A stretch of DNA of 64,000 nucleotides, from contig CM119265.1 in NCBI GenBank assembly GCA_051294375.1, positions 15,928,896 to 15,992,895 on the forward strand, in the 5' to 3' direction. Source of the DNA: Paraspadella gotoi. Its lineage: Eukaryota > Animalia > Chaetognatha. Made by a program: the position numbers and the translations under genes. Positions 59,188-64,000 of this stretch are shown one piece after another. Position 1 is the stretch's first letter, and each line of letters opens with the position of its first letter. The notes beneath the pieces are model-generated. The model was not told the origin of the DNA. It made no database searches and was given only the letters and a program-made list of their open reading frames with translations.

Positions 59188-62100
59188 TCTCTCTCTCGGC
59201 GACTTCGACCAAAAAATAAATTTAGAAAAGATAACTAACACTTACGTGAATAAATTCGCTGTTCTACGCTGACTTTCAAAAGTAGCAAATATCGAGATCG
59301 ACACGAAACCAACAGACCTGCTATAAGTACTTACACTGGAGAAGCGTATCAGGAATCTTGTCCGCACACACGCGAAGCGTCACGCGTTATCGAAGTGCGT
59401 CAGATCCACCGCATACCGATAAGAGACCAGCGAGGTTTAACGCTAGGAAGCTTTCCTCTTTATATGCACATCTTTCATGCATTACAGAAAGATACTATCA
59501 GAATAAGGAAACTCTCACGCCGTCTAGAGACTCGCATGGCGACGTGACGACGTGTCGTCGTTAAACTTCACTTGACGGTCTGCCGCGAGCGTGAGATTAC
59601 ATTCTATGAGACGAGTTACTTCTACTCTGTGCCAGTACAGTGATGTACGGCGCGTCTATCTTGTTTGAAAGTTCTGTATATCACGAGCGACATTAAAGTA
59701 TTTTCTGATCTGTAGTCTCGACCCGAAAGTTAGCATAAGCAGATCATAACATAGTCTAGACGCACGTACTAAAATATTATGGATTATTTTGAGTGTGAAA
59801 GGTTAGTAAAGTACGACATGAAGAGTTTAAGATTAAATGAGATGTATGTTATGAGATATAAAGTTAAGAAAATTGACGGAGGACGGTTGAGAAAAACAAA
59901 GTAAATGCGATGTACGTTATGGCTTTTAGCGTCATTCAAAGATATCTCTTCGTTCAACTTTAGTTACATCTTTTTTAGTGTCGATCTACTGAGCCTTGCA
60001 CATCAGTTCTTAAACTTCCGTATAGCGCGAGAGCTATCGCAACGATTGCGAAGCACTTCATATTTCTTAAGTATGCACGACAGCGCTAGAGCGTGCTAGG
60101 TGTTTCAGTCGTACTGTTTCACAGCGAGCGAGCGCGAGACACCTGTCATCATTGATCCGGTTTCACCTCTCCCGTCACTGACGTGCGCATTCCATTAATA
60201 TCCATCGCTCGAGTACATCACTGAGCGTCATTTCAACGGAGTATCGTACGAGTTGTCTTTCTTTCTATCGCGCAGTGCGGATGGTATCAGCGCGATTCTG
60301 ACTGCGCGAATCTCTCGGAGATATATCCTTCTGTTCTACTTCCCCTGCTCCATCTCATATCTCAGATATTCACGCAGGTGCTGTTGGCGTGTTCGATAGT
60401 ATCTCTTCTCCTTCCTGCGCTTCTTCACTCTCATAGGTTTGAGTCATTCTCTGTGAGAACATTCCATCTTAACGTATCTATGTTCACTATGTACGAGAGA
60501 ACTGCAGCTGGCATTATGCACGTCAGCGTTTATAATACGCGAGTAGAGACTCGTCCTCATTTGATCTGTAAACTATCACAGACTACGGTGTTCGTAAAAT
60601 TACTATGTAGAGTACGAGAGATATACTGTTAATCGATCATTTAATTTTCAATCTGCGAGTTTTATATATAGATCGAGTATTTTTACGACTGTCTTTCTAA
60701 TAGTTGTTTAACAGATGGATTCAGGGATATTCAATAGGACGAGGGCAACAGTCAGTCTTCGATTTCTCAACATATCTTTTGCATTATCGCCTTCATAAAC
60801 TTTCATAACAACTTCCGTACAGTCAGGTGTAAATTCATCCGCGTCTCGTCTTTCGCCGATTGTCTCTTTCCCTTTGTCTTTGGCGTTTCGGTCCGGCTTT
60901 TCCGGTGTTTCGCGGTCGGTCTTCGACACTATTTTGTGATGAGGTCGCCTATGAATGCGGGCAACGAAATACAAGAGGCTTTGAATTCTTATATTTATAG
61001 GTGATCTACCGTAAACTTAGTCTATCGTGCTGTATGTATATTGGCTGTAGAGGGTTCCTGCAACTTAACTCCTAAGTCAATAAATATTACTAATGTTATT
61101 CAATTAAGTTATGTCCTTATATTTTATAGGCTCAGATTCATTACGGAGTACACCTATGAATAACAAGTCTGAGAATACTGTTTAGTTGAATTCTCTATTG
61201 AAAATAAATTTTGCCCTTTATTGTATCGAGAGAATAATTGAAAATTCACCATGTTAAAGAGATTTGATAGTGATAACATAATACGGTGATACCGTCAAAT
61301 TGTTCTTAACCGCATATTAAATCAGTTTTTACTTGAGTTGTTTATATTCTTAATAGAAAATAACTAGTATCGATTATAATAGATAAATATTTTTTCTTTC
61401 ATACCGATTTCTAATTCTTGTCAGACTTCGTTAATCTCATTTGCCATGAGTCGAGCCGATATGCTGGTCAGTTACGAGTCCTTTGATGCATTACAGTTAC
61501 TTCGTGCGCTCGTAAAGGTCCGAATTAGCATTATCATTCTCAGAGTGATACATATCTGCAAGTATTTTTATGAAATACTCGAGTTTAGTCTTCACGGTCA
61601 TATCGACTGACTCATACTTATAGGCTTGTATAAAAGATTTAGACTCATGCTTTCTTAATTTTAATGCTATGACGAGCGATCCAGTCTTTCCGTATGGTGG
61701 GAGGTAATCGTGCGAAAGCAGTTGAGATTCAATCATTTTTCTGCGACTGGGACAGTTCTTCGTAGCGCTGCGATTTGATATTATATTGTTCATCTCTTCA
61801 TAATAAATATAAACAAAGCCATACAATCTGGGAAGTTAAAAAAATTATGGTAGAGGAATATAATTTAAATCATTGGTTCTTTTCCAAATACATTAACACC
61901 TATTGGATAGTATGTAACCTCCAAACAGTTAATTTCGATAGAGAGAATATAAGAGAAGAGAGGGAAGCTACTATCTTCTCACCTAAATGCTCAGGTATGA
62001 TGAATGATCAAGAAAACCGATGATATATCGAGGGTCATGGACGAATTTGTTAGCACAAGTGAGATACATCCTGTTTGTAAGTGTTAATGTAGATCATTGT

Positions 62101-64000
62101 TTTGTTTGTTACTTCCATGGTGTGAAGAGAGAGTTTATACTCGAAAAATATAATACACACATTATATATCCTTATTGATAAAGGAGCCCTAAGATCGCAC
62201 ACAGAATCAGCATCTGCCATTAATAAAAGTACAATAAACGATTAATTTATGGAATAATGACTTCAAAAGTGAAGTAAGATTGGACAGTTAGAATGGGAAG
62301 GGTTATCAGGTATCTATTGGGAGCGATCGAATTATAAACCATTTTCATATATACTCGTCGTCTCTTGTTCGAAATCGTGTTAACACAGAGAGAGATGGTA
62401 ATTGTTTTCTCCACTTTCCGCCGCGATATCAAACTTGTTTTATTGATACAGCCTCATCGAGATCTCGCGTATGTATAGACCTTAATCTCTGAATCATTCT
62501 CGTTTTCACTTGGCCTCCAGTAATACAAATTTTCATTAGATAACAATATATCTTGCAGACTAATGATTCTAGACTGGATAATGTCCTGCTATCAGATTGA
62601 ATGAGGATGTCCATTCTTGATATGAGCGAGCGTAGATACTTGACCTCACACATGCATACTTGATGTAACCGATGATTCGGTTGTATCAGATGTGACATCG
62701 TCCGTAGTCACGAGAGGCGGACGAGGAAGAACTTCTTCTTCAAATCTATATAGGATTTCGAGAGTGGAAAGAATCAGGAGCCTTCTGATCACTTAGAGTA
62801 TTCGTGAACTATTTGACCATTCTGAGCCATCTTCGTCTCTGCTTCTCTTTCTCTCTCTCTCGGTAATCTCATTTCTCTCGTAGTCACTCTATCACTACAT
62901 CATTCTCATCATACGTCTGTCTTACACTTTACAAGAGCTTGTACCCCTCTATTCAATCGGTTAGCTTGCATACCTGAGACAATTTGCCCGAAGCCGCATA
63001 TATTCTTGAGACTTACGGCTTGAGATTATCGCATCTAGTACGGAGTGTGAGCGTGTACTGTATTTGTATTTATAATTCTATAATTATATTATTTATTATT
63101 TTTATATTTTTGTATAAATCCTACAACATACTTTTTCATACTTTTTTTGATATTTGGCATAATAGCTCCAAAGGATATTTTGAGATTTGTTTTAATATTT
63201 CATTTCAATTCAAAAAGATAATTTTTTTATTTTCTTATATTTGTCACTCATATTCTAACAAAAATTTTTTTAGTTTTTGTTTTTCTTACAGCAATATTCG
63301 TTATGTTCGTTTTTCTCGATCATTTTGTATCTGCAATTCGTCTCTTCGGTCCATAAATATTTTTATATTTTCCTATATTACTTTATTCCAATCTCAGTCT
63401 TCAAGTTAAAGAACAATAGATCATGTCTTTTTTCATCGGACTAACAAATATGCGAGGAGACATACATTTTTCTTAGGTCAGTTTTTCAGGAGCGATTCAC
63501 CCAGTAATCGATTAGAGTCGGTCCTTTCGTTCTAGTGTTATATGTCACGCGTTTTTTTCTGTTTTATTCGGTTCGTTACTCTTCCAGGACAAGTAGTATT
63601 GAGCGGGTATTGTTGGTGTTTTCCTTCTGGTTTTTGTCAATCATACTCTTTGGTGTCTGTGTGATTTCAGTTCGTTTTTTCGGTGTTCTCCCTCTTATCG
63701 TTTGCGCGAGTCTTAAATGTGGAGTTGGCCGATTCTCTTATCTTTCAATTTTTCCGGAGAATTTAAGAACCGGCGGCGCGGCGGCGGCGACGACGACGAA
63801 CGACGACGACGACAGACGACGACGACGACGACAGACGACGACGACGACGACGACGACAACGACGAACGACGCGACGATGATGATGATGATACGGCCTTTT
63901 TTGGCCAATTATTTTTTGGAAACTGAGAGGAGGAATAAGAGGCTGGAAAGTGGCGGGAAAGTTGAAATTGTATGAGTGAGAAAGAAGAAGAGAGAGAGAA

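Noticed and set aside
56019-59241. Long overlapping ORFs in all frames
   Set aside because: They are stop-free translations of degenerate GTC/GAC triplet repeats.

Overview
AT-rich, microsatellite-laden (AG/CT, GAC/GTC, AAAG) genomic DNA from an intron-rich eukaryote, most likely an invertebrate animal. It comes from an error-prone long-read scaffold with three 25-N gaps and many homopolymer indels. Most ORFs in the supplied track are repeat noise. Two spliced genes can be reconstructed by hand: a single-pass LRR protein of the TPBG/5T4 (Waif1) type (+, about 10304-41392) and an SLC6 Na+/Cl- amino-acid transporter, GlyT/PROT-like (from 45178, 3' part missing). In both genes some exons lie on the opposite strand. 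Mobile DNA includes a 2.5-kb TIR element with a TAAA target-site duplication whose empty site is also present, a 2.5-kb CAC...GTG foldback element with a TATT duplication (Chapaev-like), Helentron-associated (DINE-1/HINE-like) repeats, and several minimal hammerhead ribozyme motifs (Penelope/retrozyme type), two of them inside a perfect 214-bp palindrome. The large tandem (1-8793) and inverted (13570-19727; 56110-59170) duplications and a featureless tract (about 59230-63050) are probably assembly, haplotype or amplification artefacts. I found no convincing new multi-gene system. The best leads are the hammerhead motifs and the strand-split genes.
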